34,499 nt of DNA from an uncultured delta proteobacterium (lineage in GTDB: Bacteria; Desulfobacterota; Syntrophorhabdia; Syntrophorhabdales; WCHB1-27): contig CAWEPK010000020.1 in assembly GCA_963810935.1 (NCBI GenBank), forward strand, positions 1-34,499, read 5' to 3'. The notes beneath the pieces were generated by a model that was not told the origin of the DNA, did not search any database, and saw nothing but the letters and a program-made list of their open reading frames with translations. The position numbers and the translations under genes were made by a program. Shown piece after piece: positions 1 through 9,899 of the stretch. The stretch's first letter is position 1; the number at the start of each line of letters is the position of its first letter.

Positions 1-984
<984 letters not shown>

Positions 985-986
<2 letters not shown>

Positions 987-1093
987 CGGCGCGGCGCATC
1001 CGCTTGCTTTAGAAATCGTTGGGGCTCAGCGCCCCCTCCACGAGCAAAGCCGTCGGAGCCTTCCCCCTCGGCGCCGCGCGTCCGCTTGCTTTA
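985..1093. repeat. Two imperfect 27-nt direct repeats (REP-like unit)
   Basis: 985-1011 CTCGGCGCGGCGCATCCGCTTGCTTTA and 1067-1093 CTCGGCGCCGCGCGTCCGCTTGCTTTA (25/27 identical), with a GGGGC/GCCCC hairpin at 1021-1035 between them. Confidence 0.8.
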
Positions 1094-1819
1094 AATTCGA
1101 TCATAGTATCTTTTTACTTCTTCCGTATAATCATCGTTCTCGTAAACGTATAGGGGACGCTCCACCGATACGCCCTTCCCTGCCCCCTTCAGGCATTCGA
1201 CCAGAGAGAGCACCGCAGCAGTACCCTGTCTGGAATAGATAGGTCTCAGCCTCTTCGGCTCTAGGCCTGCGCCCTGCGCCGCCCCGATCAGCTCGGCCAG
1301 CCTCCGTGCCGGGTAGATGAGGCAGAGCCTGCCGTGCGTCCTGAGCAAAAGCGCTGCCGCATCGAGCAGCGACCGCAAGTCGAGGGTCGATTCGTGACGG
1401 GCGATCAGGCGTGATTTGCCGGGGCTTGTCCTGCCGCTCCCCGCCTTGACATAAGGAGGGTTCGAAACGATGACGTCGAAACCGCACGGGGGCAATCCGG
1501 CCGCTTTCACATCGCCTTTCAGAAACTCTACGTTCTCACACCCGTTCAATGCCTTGTTCCTCAACGAAAGCTCGTAGAGCTCCTCCTGGACCTCTATCCC
1601 GACAAGCCTGTTTGCACACCCTTTACTCGAAAGGTATATCGGTATGATACCACAGCCCGCGCCTATGTCCAAAAGAGTTTCGCCTGCTTTCAAACGGAGG
1701 AAGTTGGCGAGCAGGAACGGGTCGATGGAAAGGCGGTACCCCTCCTTCTTCTGGATGAGCCGTATCCTGTCATTGCAGAATACATCCAGCGTCTCGCCAG
1801 GCCCGACCGGATCACGCAT
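1091..1819 (-). CDS. tRNA1(Val) (adenine(37)-N6)-methyltransferase-like SAM-dependent methyltransferase
   Basis: IQKKEGYRLSIDPFLLA, LDIGAGCG, VSNPPY, IARHE motifs. ATG at 1819 overlaps the DUF1015 stop, so the listed ORF start at 1900 is too long. Confidence 0.85.
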   Translation of the reverse strand: MRDPVGPGETLDVFCNDRIRLIQKKEGYRLSIDPFLLANFLRLKAGETLLDIGAGCGIIPIYLSSKGCANRLVGIEVQEELYELSLRNKALNGCENVEFLKGDVKAAGLPPCGFDVIVSNPPYVKAGSGRTSPGKSRLIARHESTLDLRSLLDAAALLLRTHGRLCLIYPARRLAELIGAAQGAGLEPKRLRPIYSRQGTAAVLSLVECLKGAGKGVSVERPLYVYENDDYTEEVKRYYDRI

Positions 1820-3029
1820 ACTTATAGAGCACGAGACCGGTGAGTATCTTAGGATAGAAATAGGTCGATTTCGGGGGCATGAAAAGGCCGTTGTCGGCAA
1901 TCGTTTTCACTTCCTCCGCCGACGTGGCCGGGACAAAGACCGCAAAATCGCTCTCGCTTGCATCCACGAGCCCGGCCGCCTCGTCTGCGTCGTTGAAATA
2001 AGAGATGGCGTCGTCGCCCGTGCCCAGCAGGTGCTTCAGGACGCCCCTGTGGACTACGCTGACCTTGAGGTTGCGGACAGCAGGGTGGCTGTCGGGGTCG
2101 AAGTCGATGGCCTTCTTCTGCGTCAGCTTGAAAAGGCCCGGCTTTTCCCCTTTGAAATAAAGGAGGAAAGAGAGGACGGATGCGGACGATATTTCTTCGA
2201 TGAGCCTCTGCGTGGCTGCCCCAGGCGCATATTCCTCGCGGGAGACGTCGAACCAGGGAGAGAGCACATCGAGGACGCGGGCGGGGCTCATGCCTCCTTC
2301 CGGCTTTACTACCCGGTGATAGGGCAGTATGGCGATGCCGTCCGAGTACATGTCCGTCAGGTACATGGCGACGTAGGGCAGCCCAAGCTCTTTTGCGACG
2401 CTCAGCCTGTGATGGCCGTCGGCTATGTAGAGCTTCTTCTCCTGCATGGCCGAGGCGAGCGCGCCGATTGCAGCCGGGTCTGATATGCGGTAGAACCTGT
2501 TTTTGATCGACAGCTCGTCCGTAAAGTCATAAAGAAGCTCTTTCGGCGCTGCGTCGATTAATTTTTCGATTGCCTTCGACCGGTCTTCGTACATCGAGAA
2601 GACGAGGCTCGTGAACGTGCCGAGCCGTCCGATGAGGCGCTTCCTGTCCTCCCGCGCGTGCTTGCGCGTCTCTTCGTGGGTCAGTATGTCGCCCGGCTGT
2701 AGGCGGACGAGGGGTATAAAGCCCCTTCTTGTCAGCGTCTTCCCGCCAATGGCGAATTCCTGGTCGTAAATATAGATCGATTCCCGGCCGTCGTATGAAA
2801 GGACCCCTTGCGAAAGCCAGCTCCCCAGCGTCTGGCTGGCGGCCCCGTATTGGTCCCCGCCCGGGCCGGCCTGAGGCACCTCCAGGCGGATGGCGTTTTC
2901 CGGGTCCCGCTCGTAGTAAGGGCGGGCATCCGGTATGATGTCATACGGCGGGCAGACCCTCGCCGCTATTTTCCCTGCGTCCTTCGGGTTATAAAGCAGT
3001 CCTTTGAATGGTTTGATGAGTTGGGACAT
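1812..3029 (-). CDS. DUF1015 family protein
   Basis: IKPFKG, PPYDII, HEET, YIADGHHR, MPPKSTYFYPKILTGL signature motifs; start set at MSQLIKPF. Confidence 0.9.
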   Translation of the reverse strand: MSQLIKPFKGLLYNPKDAGKIAARVCPPYDIIPDARPYYERDPENAIRLEVPQAGPGGDQYGAASQTLGSWLSQGVLSYDGRESIYIYDQEFAIGGKTLTRRGFIPLVRLQPGDILTHEETRKHAREDRKRLIGRLGTFTSLVFSMYEDRSKAIEKLIDAAPKELLYDFTDELSIKNRFYRISDPAAIGALASAMQEKKLYIADGHHRLSVAKELGLPYVAMYLTDMYSDGIAILPYHRVVKPEGGMSPARVLDVLSPWFDVSREEYAPGAATQRLIEEISSASVLSFLLYFKGEKPGLFKLTQKKAIDFDPDSHPAVRNLKVSVVHRGVLKHLLGTGDDAISYFNDADEAAGLVDASESDFAVFVPATSAEEVKTIADNGLFMPPKSTYFYPKILTGLVLYKYA

Positions 3030-3117
3030 GGTGCTTTGTTTAACATGAAGGCTGCCGAATGTCAACGAATGATCATGCGGAACGGGCCTGACATGCCCGG
3101 TTCGTCCGACTCCCCGC

Positions 3118-5841
3118 TTACTTTTTCTTCTTACTCCCTGCACTACTTATAATCAGCAACAGCGGCGGCAGAAAAACCACCGCCGCAGCAACGACGCTCA
3201 GGCTACCGATCGTGGTCAGCAGCCCCAGGCTGCGTATGCCCTGGTGGCTCGATATGATAAGGCTCGCGAAACCTACGGTCGTAGTGAGACCGGCCAGTAC
3301 GACGCCCATGCCCGTAGTCGAGGGCAGGCCCAAACGGGCCGGGTCGCGGCTTTCGCTCCACCGCCGTATGATGATGATGCCGTACTCGACGCCCGCGCCG
3401 ACGACGAGCGGCAGGAAGATGCTGTTGGCCAGGTTAAGCTCGATGCCGATAAGGCGCATCAGGCCGAACGTCCACAGCGCCCCGAGGACGAAGGGCATGA
3501 GCGCCGCTGCGGTAGATGTCAGGCTGCGGAGCGTAATCAGGAGAAAGACGATAACGGCCAGGACTGCGTAAATGGCCCCCTTGATGCAGGCGTCGCGAAA
3601 GGCTCGCGTGAAGACGGAAAGCGTCACAGGGTCGCCCGTCGCGTCAGGGTCCACCGATCGCAGATCGCGCACGAACCTGTGGAGAAAGCGCGGGTCCCAG
3701 ACGTCACCCTTGGGGAAAACGCGTATCAGGTAAAGGCTGTCGCTGCCCATGAACCTGGCAACGAGAGGCGGCGGCAGATCCCTGATCTCCATCGGCCCCG
3801 CTTCTATGTTATCCCGGACCAGCGAGATCATATCGTTGACGTCTCCCGTTATCGTTACCTCCAGTCTTTTGAGCCGGTCGAGGAGCACCGCGCTCGGGAT
3901 GGACGCCATATGCCGCCTGATCGCGTCGATCAGCGCCCTCACCTCGGCCATCTGCCGCCCGATGTGGCTGTCGACAGGGACCTCGGGGCTGCCGGCCATC
4001 ATGAACGCGATGCGGGACAGCACGTTGTCGAGCCGCTTAAGGTTTACGGGACCGGCAGGCACGGGAATGGGCCTCAAATCGCCAAGGATAGGCTTCATCT
4101 CGGCTATAATGCGGGCCTTTTGCTCCTGGTCGGATGGAAGCATATCTTTTATGCTCGTCACCCTGGAGACCGTCGGGAGCCGCTTGAGCGCACTTGTCTT
4201 CTCATCGATCTCCGGAAAGGAATGGGCGAACAGGACGCCGTAAATACTCGCGTAGCCGGATGCCCCCAGGAGCTTCTTTTCCCAGACGACCGGCTCTGCG
4301 TTCTGTGATTGCAGGTGCAGCATATTGAGGTCGAAACCCGTGTGAGCGGCCGCCCACAAGCAGATGCCGCCGCTGGCTGCCGCAAAGCCGAGCAAAAAGA
4401 CCGATCTTATTTTCCCTGTCATAAACAGCGGGCGCACCTCCCCTGGAATGAACCGCCTTTCGGGGCCGATGTGAAACCGGTCCATGAGGGTGATAAGGAC
4501 GGGCAGCAGACAAAGGGTGGCGACGGTCGTGACCGCCATGCCCATCCCGCAGATAAGGCCAAGCTCCGACAGGCCCTTGAACCACGTCAGCATAAGGGGG
4601 AGAAAGGAGAGGGCGGCGCACAGGCCGGCCAGGAGTATCGCTCCCCCTACCTTGCCCATGGTGGAGCGGAGCACGTCCTGTACAGGGGCCCTGGAGCGCG
4701 TACGCTCTTCTTCATAGCGGGCAAACCAGTGGATGCCGTAGTTTATGCCGAGACCGAGGAGCATGGGGGCGAACGTGACGGAAAGGAGGTTCAGATGACC
4801 GATCGTCAATGTGGCGAGGCCGAGGGTCAGGCAGAGGGAGATGGCCAGGACTATCATTTCCATCATGGGCCGCTTCACGCTACGCCAGAAGATAAGCAGC
4901 AGGAGAGCCAGGCCTGCAAGAGAGAGGGCCGTGGCGACGCCGACGTCCCGCGTGGCCATGGCCATTTCGGCCTGGTCGAGGGCCTTCTGGCCGGTAACGC
5001 CGGCGTCGATGCCGGGGAACTGCTTTTTCAGGCTGCGGATGGTCTCTCTCAGCGCCTCTAGGGCCTGCTTCTCTTTCTGGTCTTTCGACAGCCCGGTCGG
5101 CGTGACCGAGATGAGGAGGTATTTCTTGTACTCCGTAAAGAAGTATCCCTCGTTTGACGAGTTTGTCATGCCCGTGTCGAACAGCCGGCGCAGGGGAGAG
5201 GCAAACGCGAAGGAGCCTTCTATCGCGCTTTGCGTGTCCTTGAGCGTCCGGATAAGGAAGCCCAGGTCCAGCGAGGTCTCCCTGTCCGGGCGTGCGCCTC
5301 CGGACAGGAACTTGGTAAAGAGCTCGCCTACCATCGCTGACGCTATCTCGCCGTTGATCGCCTCCAGAAGCGTGGGCAGGCCGGGCGATGCACTGATGCG
5401 GCTAAGGAACTCCCGGTGCTCGCGCAGCGCGCCGACAAGCGAATGGAGGTCCTTCTCGCTCAGGTAGCGCAGGGCCCACGGCCGGAGGGACTTGGGTTCG
5501 ATCCGGTAGAAGACCTGGGTGAAGTGTTTTGGGTCGGCCCTGAGGCGCGCGGCGAGGGCGTCGGCGAATGCGATGGACTTCGGAGTATCGCGGTTCTCGA
5601 CCGCGACGATAAACGCGTCGAGCCGCGAGAACCGGTCGGCCACGCGGAGCCTCTGGATGAGCCGGTTGTGCTGTGAGATAAGTGCCTTCTGGCTCGGCTC
5701 GAACTTGAGACAAAAGTAAGCGTAGGCCATCGAAAGGACAGCGAGGGACAGCCAGACGGCCAGGGCGGCCCCCGGATGAGACATATGGAAAGCAAGTAAA
5801 CGCCGCGACAGACCCACCGCCCAGGAGCCGGCCGTTCTCAT
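3118..5841 (-). CDS. MMPL/RND family transporter, HpnN (hopanoid-associated)-like
   Basis: Two TM bundles with LGLGINYGIH and GAGVEYGI motifs and large soluble loops; GGAGGG RBS before ATG 5841 (MRTAGSW). Confidence 0.85.
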   Translation of the reverse strand: MRTAGSWAVGLSRRLLAFHMSHPGAALAVWLSLAVLSMAYAYFCLKFEPSQKALISQHNRLIQRLRVADRFSRLDAFIVAVENRDTPKSIAFADALAARLRADPKHFTQVFYRIEPKSLRPWALRYLSEKDLHSLVGALREHREFLSRISASPGLPTLLEAINGEIASAMVGELFTKFLSGGARPDRETSLDLGFLIRTLKDTQSAIEGSFAFASPLRRLFDTGMTNSSNEGYFFTEYKKYLLISVTPTGLSKDQKEKQALEALRETIRSLKKQFPGIDAGVTGQKALDQAEMAMATRDVGVATALSLAGLALLLLIFWRSVKRPMMEMIVLAISLCLTLGLATLTIGHLNLLSVTFAPMLLGLGINYGIHWFARYEEERTRSRAPVQDVLRSTMGKVGGAILLAGLCAALSFLPLMLTWFKGLSELGLICGMGMAVTTVATLCLLPVLITLMDRFHIGPERRFIPGEVRPLFMTGKIRSVFLLGFAAASGGICLWAAAHTGFDLNMLHLQSQNAEPVVWEKKLLGASGYASIYGVLFAHSFPEIDEKTSALKRLPTVSRVTSIKDMLPSDQEQKARIIAEMKPILGDLRPIPVPAGPVNLKRLDNVLSRIAFMMAGSPEVPVDSHIGRQMAEVRALIDAIRRHMASIPSAVLLDRLKRLEVTITGDVNDMISLVRDNIEAGPMEIRDLPPPLVARFMGSDSLYLIRVFPKGDVWDPRFLHRFVRDLRSVDPDATGDPVTLSVFTRAFRDACIKGAIYAVLAVIVFLLITLRSLTSTAAALMPFVLGALWTFGLMRLIGIELNLANSIFLPLVVGAGVEYGIIIIRRWSESRDPARLGLPSTTGMGVVLAGLTTTVGFASLIISSHQGIRSLGLLTTIGSLSVVAAAVVFLPPLLLIISSAGSKKKK

Positions 5842-5984
5842 AGATTGCTTCCCTCCGCTACGCGCGCCCGGCCCGCCGGACCGATGTCTATGCGCTTCTC
5901 TCGAAATAATATAAGAACGGTTCACCACCTTAACTACCGGCCGGCCGCCCCATAGTGCGGCAGCCCCCGTAAGCGGTGTTATCC

Positions 5985-6013
5985 TTGACAAGGAAATACG
6001 CCGCCCATATAAT
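5985..6013 (+). promoter_or_regulatory. Consensus sigma70 promoter for the nitroreductase gene
   Basis: TTGACA (5985-5990), 17-nt spacer, TATAAT (6008-6013): exact consensus. Confidence 0.85.
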
Positions 6014-6100
6014 GGATTTTTCGCAAGGTCTAACCAGCGCAAAGGCCGTTTTTGCCAGGCCGGCGACGGCGCTTTTCGCAAACTTTCAAGGGGTGACAAT

Positions 6101-6655
6101 ATGGAGCTGACGACCGCGATCAAAGAAAGAAGGAGCATCAGGGCGTTTTCGCAGGAGCCCGTCCCCGACGCCCTTATCCTGGAAGTCCTCGAAGCCGCCC
6201 GGCTCGCCCCGTCGTGGGCCAATACGCAGACCTGGCGGTTCATAGTCGTGAAGGACGCGAACACGAGGCAAATGCTCTCAGAGACCCTCGGACCGACGAA
6301 CCCCTGCCGCAAAGCGATAGCCGAAGCACCGGCGGTCATTTGCCTGGCTTCGCTTCTGGGGTCTGCCGGCATGTTCAAAAGCGGGCCGGCCACGGACAAG
6401 GGTGACTGGTTCATGTACGACGCAGGCATCGCCATGGAGCACGTGGTCCTTGCAGCCTGGAACCTGGGTCTCGGCACGTGCCACGTCGGCGCCTTCGATT
6501 CGCGTAAAGCGGAAGAAATTCTGGGGGTCCCATCGGGATATACCGTAGTTGCCCTCACACCGCTCGGTTATTTCACTCCCATCTCGCGCACAACGCCCCG
6601 TAAGCCCATGAAAGAAATAGCTTATCTTGAGGGTTTCGGAAAACCGTACGCATGA
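6101..6655 (+). CDS. Nitroreductase family flavoprotein
   Basis: RRSIRAF, APSWANTQTWRF, LGLGTCHVG, LGY, RKP motifs. Confidence 0.93.
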   Translation: MELTTAIKERRSIRAFSQEPVPDALILEVLEAARLAPSWANTQTWRFIVVKDANTRQMLSETLGPTNPCRKAIAEAPAVICLASLLGSAGMFKSGPATDKGDWFMYDAGIAMEHVVLAAWNLGLGTCHVGAFDSRKAEEILGVPSGYTVVALTPLGYFTPISRTTPRKPMKEIAYLEGFGKPYA

Positions 6656-6835
6656 CGGAAAGCCGCCATCCCGGAAGGTGAGGTAATGCCTTCCGGGCGC
6701 CCGGGCAAACTTTCTTCATAATTTCTTCCGATCCTGGGAAGAATTTTGCATCCAGCCGAGTCTATACATATATAAAGATGGAAGGTCTTCCCCTCATGAG
6801 AGGACCACGCATACGTTTGTGCAAGGGGGAAACGA

Positions 6836-7057
6836 ATGGTAGAAGGAATCGAAGAAATGATGCTCCAGGATATACCCAACAGGAGGCTGCTGAAACCGGG
6901 AGAGGTGGCGGCCTTTCTGGGCGTTTCGGCCAAGACGGTCTATCGGTGGTGCGAGATGGGCCTGATGGAAAGCATCAAGCTGAACAGGTCGGTCCGGGTG
7001 CTCCGGGCCTCCGTCTTGAGCTTTCTGTCTTACGACAGGGGCACCGGCCTCTCGTAG
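6836..7057 (+). CDS. Small excisionase-like helix-turn-helix DNA-binding protein
   Basis: LLKPGEVAAFLGVSAKTVYRWCEMG..ESIKL...VRV pattern; AAGGGGGA RBS. Confidence 0.85.
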   Translation: MVEGIEEMMLQDIPNRRLLKPGEVAAFLGVSAKTVYRWCEMGLMESIKLNRSVRVLRASVLSFLSYDRGTGLS

Positions 7058-7130
7058 ACCTTCGCCGTCCGGCCGGTATTTTGCGGTATATTCCCGATAT
7101 CGCAAGCCGGTTCTCTGATGAGGGGGACCG

Positions 7131-7169
7131 GAACGGCCGATATCCCCCTTTTTTACGGCCGTTTTTATT
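7131..7169 (+). terminator. Intrinsic terminator with C-rich loop
   Basis: AACGGCCG/CGGCCGTT 8-bp stem, loop containing ATCCCCC, followed by TTTATT. Confidence 0.65.
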
Positions 7170-7250
7170 CGGTCCTTCGCGGTCCGGAAGACTTCCAAAA
7201 TCGCCAGCCTTGAACCCCATGCTCTTTCGGTGGTAATCCCCCACCATGTT

Positions 7251-7259
7251 TGTTATAAT
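7251..7259 (+). promoter_or_regulatory. Extended -10 promoter for the lemA-TPM operon
   Basis: TGtTATAAT about 25 nt upstream of ATG 7285, with GGAGG RBS in between. Confidence 0.6.
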
Positions 7260-7284
7260 TGACAAAATCTTACGCGGAGGGAAC

Positions 7285-7870
7285 ATGAGAAGAATATTAC
7301 CCTTTCTGCTCCTGGCGGTCTTTGCGTCAGGGCTTTACGGGTGCGGCTATAACGAAATGCAGGCCAAAGAGGAGGGCGTATTCGCTGCGTGGGGGGACGT
7401 CGAGGCGGCATACCAGCGCCGGACGGACCTTGTCCCGAACCTTGTCGAAATCGTGAAGGGATACGCGAAACACGAGAGCGAGACGCTTAAAGCAGTAACG
7501 GAGGCCAGGGCAAAGGTAGGGTCCGTCCAGGTGTCCAAGGAGATGCTCGCCAAGCCCGAACAAATGGCGCACTTCCAGCAGGCACAGTCGCAGCTCGGCT
7601 CGGCCCTGTCGCGCCTGCTCGTCGTCTCGGAGCAGTACCCCAACCTGAAGGCGAACCAGAACTTCATGGACCTGCAGAACCAGGCTCGAAGGAACGGAGA
7701 ACAGGATAAACGTGGCCAGGGTCAGGTACAACCGGGCCGTGCAGGAGTTCAACGTCAGCATCCGCACCTTTCCCAACTCCATGACCAACTCGCTGCTCCT
7801 CCATCTGGTGAGGAAAGAGCCCTTCAAAGCGGACGAGGGGGCAAAGACTGCACCCAAAGTCAAATTTTAG
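7285..7870 (+). CDS. lemA: LemA family protein (apparent +1 frameshift at ~7684)
   Basis: Lipoprotein-like start, [24 protein letters not shown]. Removing one G from CAGGCTC restores [17 protein letters not shown]...FP...PKVKF* (194 aa). Confidence 0.9.
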
Positions 7871-7877
7871 GTATGCC

Positions 7878-8831
7878 ATGAAGAGGACGGGCGCAACCCT
7901 TTTTGTCCTGGCGGCGATCTCCATATTCGCGGCCCTCGCTGCACCGGCAGGCGCCCTGCCCGTCCCGGAGTTGAGCGGCCACGTAAACGATTATGCCCGG
8001 ATGATCTCGCCTGCGGCGGCTCAAGGCCTGGAGCGCGACCTTACCAAATTCGAGGCTAGCCATTCCACGCAGATAGTGGTGCTGACGATACCCGGCCTCA
8101 AGGGCGAGAACCTGGAAGACTTTTCCATTAAGGTCGCCGAGAGCTGGAAGATAGGCCACAAGGACATCGACAACGGCGTAATCTTCCTCGTGGCAAAGGA
8201 CGACCGCAAGGTCAGGATCGAAGTGGGGCGCGGCCTCGAAGGTAGGCTCACCGACCTGATCGCCGGCCGGATTGTCAGGAACGTGGTCATACCCAGGTTC
8301 AAAACAGGCGATTTCGACGGCGGCATCATGGCCGGCGTAAGCAGCATCATGGAGATTGTACAAGGCGAGTACGCCGGCCGCGCTGCCCGCGAGCCTGCCT
8401 CCGGACAAAAAGGTGCGCCGATCTTCACCCTTCTCATCTTCCTCTTCGTCATCCTCGTTTTTGCGGGCGCCCTTTCCAGGATAGCCGGCGCAGCAGTGGG
8501 GGCTATCGGCCTTCCTGCCGTCGCAAAGCTCTCCTTTCCTGTCCTCGGCTTTCCGATACTGGGCGGCATCGCGGTCGTCGGGGTCCTTGCGGGCCTTTTT
8601 GTCCACAGCCTCTTCTCGGGGGGCAGGCAAAAACCGGGCGGAAAGACGCGCGGCGGTAAAGGCGGCGGAGACGATGGAGGCGGGTTTCTGGGCTTTTTGA
8701 CCGGGTTCCTTCTCGGAGGATTTTTCGGTGGAGGATGGGGCGGAGGCGGCGGCTTGGGTGGCGGAGATTCCGGCGACTTTTCGGGCGGCGGCGGAGATTT
8801 CGGAGGCGGCGGCGCGTCAGGGGATTGGTAG
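7878..8831 (+). CDS. TPM domain (YgcG-like) membrane protein
   Basis: VNDYA, RIEVGRGLEG.LTD motif, Gly-rich tail GGGGDFGGGGASGDW. Confidence 0.9.
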   Translation: MKRTGATLFVLAAISIFAALAAPAGALPVPELSGHVNDYARMISPAAAQGLERDLTKFEASHSTQIVVLTIPGLKGENLEDFSIKVAESWKIGHKDIDNGVIFLVAKDDRKVRIEVGRGLEGRLTDLIAGRIVRNVVIPRFKTGDFDGGIMAGVSSIMEIVQGEYAGRAAREPASGQKGAPIFTLLIFLFVILVFAGALSRIAGAAVGAIGLPAVAKLSFPVLGFPILGGIAVVGVLAGLFVHSLFSGGRQKPGGKTRGGKGGGDDGGGFLGFLTGFLLGGFFGGGWGGGGGLGGGDSGDFSGGGGDFGGGGASGDW

Positions 8832-8850
8832 CTCCGTATAGGGGGTTGGG

Positions 8851-9477
8851 ATGAAAATAAACGCCAAGACGCTCTTCAGCGATGCGCAGAAAGAGAAGAT
8901 CCGGGAGGCGGTAAAGGCTGCCGAGTGCTCGACGCGGGGCGAGATCATGGTCATGCTCGTGGACGAGAGCGACCCGTACCGCGAGGCCGAGCTGGCCGGG
9001 GCATTCTCCCTTTCCGGCCTCGTCGCGCTTCTTTTATCCGTTATACTGCACCTCACCTCCATCTGGTTCTTCATCCCTGTAACGGTCGTCCTTTTCGTGC
9101 CGTTCCTGGTGCTTTTCAGGAGGTTGCCGCACCTCAAGCTTGCCCTCCTCACCCACAAGAGGGTCGACGAAGCGGTGAGGGAAAGGGCCTTTTACGCATT
9201 TTTCCAGAAAGGCGCACATCTGGCTGAAGGGCAGACGGGCATCCTCATCTTCATCTCGGTGCATGAGCGGAAAGTCTGGATTCTCGCGGACAAGGGCATC
9301 CACGGCAAAGTCGCCCACGATGTCTGGGGTTCCCTGGCCAGGGAAGTCGCCGAGGGCATCAAGGAAGACCGCGCGTTCGACGCCCTTTGCGCAGTAATCC
9401 GCAAATGTGGCGCGGAGCTGGCGCGCCACTTCCCCGGCGCCTCCTCCGGCAAGCCGCAGGCGGACGTAATTTCCTGA
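8851..9477 (+). CDS. TPM domain membrane protein
   Basis: AE..TRGEI, TGILIFIS..ER.V.ILADKGI, HFP motifs; third gene of the common LemA-TPM-TPM triad. Confidence 0.88.
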   Translation: MKINAKTLFSDAQKEKIREAVKAAECSTRGEIMVMLVDESDPYREAELAGAFSLSGLVALLLSVILHLTSIWFFIPVTVVLFVPFLVLFRRLPHLKLALLTHKRVDEAVRERAFYAFFQKGAHLAEGQTGILIFISVHERKVWILADKGIHGKVAHDVWGSLAREVAEGIKEDRAFDALCAVIRKCGAELARHFPGASSGKPQADVIS

Positions 9478-9554
9478 AAGTCCGCCCCACCCCGCGTACG
9501 GCCTTGTTTTCTCTTCAGGACGGCACGGCCGGGTACAAATTCCTAAAAAACATC

Positions 9555-9584
9555 TTGACAGAGCATTCTCAGCAATGTTATCAA
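9555..9584 (+). promoter_or_regulatory. Sigma70-type promoter of the sdh-Rieske-cyt b operon
   Basis: TTGACA (9555-9560), 18-nt spacer, TGn-TATCAA extended -10 (9576-9584). Confidence 0.55.
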
Positions 9585-9586
9585 GG

Positions 9587-9898
9587 ATGCATATGTTTAT
9601 TTGGCTATTCCACAGAACCAGCGGAGTGGCGCTCCTTGTACTTTTCAGCCTGAAGATTTTCTCCGCTTATTTTCTTTATACGAAGGACAAGAAGCCCGAC
9701 TGGGCCCTTGGCATCCACAGGAACCCGGTCCTCGATATCCTGATACTCGTGCTCTTCACCTTTCACAGCCTTTACGGTCTGAGAACCATAGCGATAGATT
9801 TCGGCTACAAAAAGGAGAAGCAGCTTTTCTGGCTGTCGAACGCGCTCGGTTGCATCATTTCGGCAGTTCTGATACTGCTCTACGCCAAAGTAGCATAG
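9587..9898 (+). CDS. sdhC: Succinate dehydrogenase/fumarate reductase cytochrome b small membrane anchor (SdhC-like, 3 TM)
   Basis: HRTSG and FHSLYGLR..AID motifs, three hydrophobic segments; start ambiguous (9575/9587/9593). Confidence 0.75.
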   Translation: MHMFIWLFHRTSGVALLVLFSLKIFSAYFLYTKDKKPDWALGIHRNPVLDILILVLFTFHSLYGLRTIAIDFGYKKEKQLFWLSNALGCIISAVLILLYAKVA

Positions 9899-9899
9899 C

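Noticed and set aside
5842..6558. N-terminal extension of the 1146-aa MMPL ORF
   Set aside because: It is antisense to the nitroreductase and its promoter; a good RBS and ATG exist at 5841.
6836..7057. Prophage or ICE remnant implied by the excisionase-like gene
   Set aside because: No integrase, att-like repeat, tRNA or compositional shift nearby.
7670..7700. Programmed ribosomal frameshifting in lemA (and in addA, citF)
   Set aside because: No slippery sequences or stimulatory structures; the shared +1 pattern fits sequencing error better.
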